From Acutalibacteraceae bacterium (GTDB lineage Bacteria > Bacillota > Clostridia > Oscillospirales > Acutalibacteraceae): DNA of 64,000 nucleotides. The position numbers were made by a program, and so were the translations under genes. Shown here piece by piece: positions 63,934 through 64,000 of this stretch. Numbering within the stretch: position 1 is the stretch's first letter; each line of letters begins with the position of its first letter. The notes under the pieces were generated by a model. The model saw only the letters and a program-made list of their open reading frames with translations, was not told the origin of the DNA and ran no database searches. The stretch lies in contig JAZLHN010000173.1 of the NCBI GenBank assembly GCA_045616815.1, forward strand, positions 10,564-74,563, written 5' to 3'.

Positions 63934-64000
63934 GAGATAAAGCTGATATTGCAGCTGATAGGCTATCGCGTTGCCGAGGGAGGCAAGCGCGGGCAGATGT

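Overview
The window looks like a GC-rich (over 50% by eye) Clostridia-like chromosomal segment with three zones. (1) 1-4.3 kb is housekeeping: the tail of a LytTR response regulator, an AgrC-type histidine kinase, an M42 peptidase and a THUMP methyltransferase. (2) 4.3-12.4 kb is a decayed accessory patch next to tRNA-Arg(CCG). It holds a 23-bp duplicate of the tRNA 3' end, a RelB antitoxin with a truncated RelE/ParE toxin, an ECF sigma/anti-sigma pair, a TnpV fragment, a SWIM protein, a DUF1016/PDDEXK nuclease and an HTH-sigma-region-4 fusion. No integrase is visible. (3) 12.5-62.7 kb is one very large cell-envelope glycan-type locus. It opens with an NDP-heptose cassette (GHMP kinase, HddC-GmhB fusion, two SDR enzymes, a cupin). 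After that it is dominated by 15 genes (16 catalytic modules, about 29 kb of the 45 kb between 16975 and 62012) for B12-binding-domain-type radical SAM enzymes. These fall into three clades. Clade A is about 640 aa, with 10 modules including one 1286-aa tandem fusion. Clade B is about 610 aa, with 3 genes and a CX4CX2C cluster motif. Clade C is about 495 aa, with 3 genes. Interleaved with them are three small GT-A/DPM1-like proteins with a degenerate DxD, three paralogous polytopic membrane proteins, a possible GT-C-like membrane protein, a CotH-like secreted protein, a DegT aminotransferase, a GtrB/ArnC-like GT2, a CrtI-like flavoprotein and an FNR-like 2Fe-2S reductase. I found no RiPP precursor, protease, exporter, CRISPR array, rRNA or intact mobile element. 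The main candidate for a novel system is this radical-SAM-saturated locus, which may tailor a glycan or a lipid-linked sugar. All functional calls rest on motifs read by eye, and no database search was possible.
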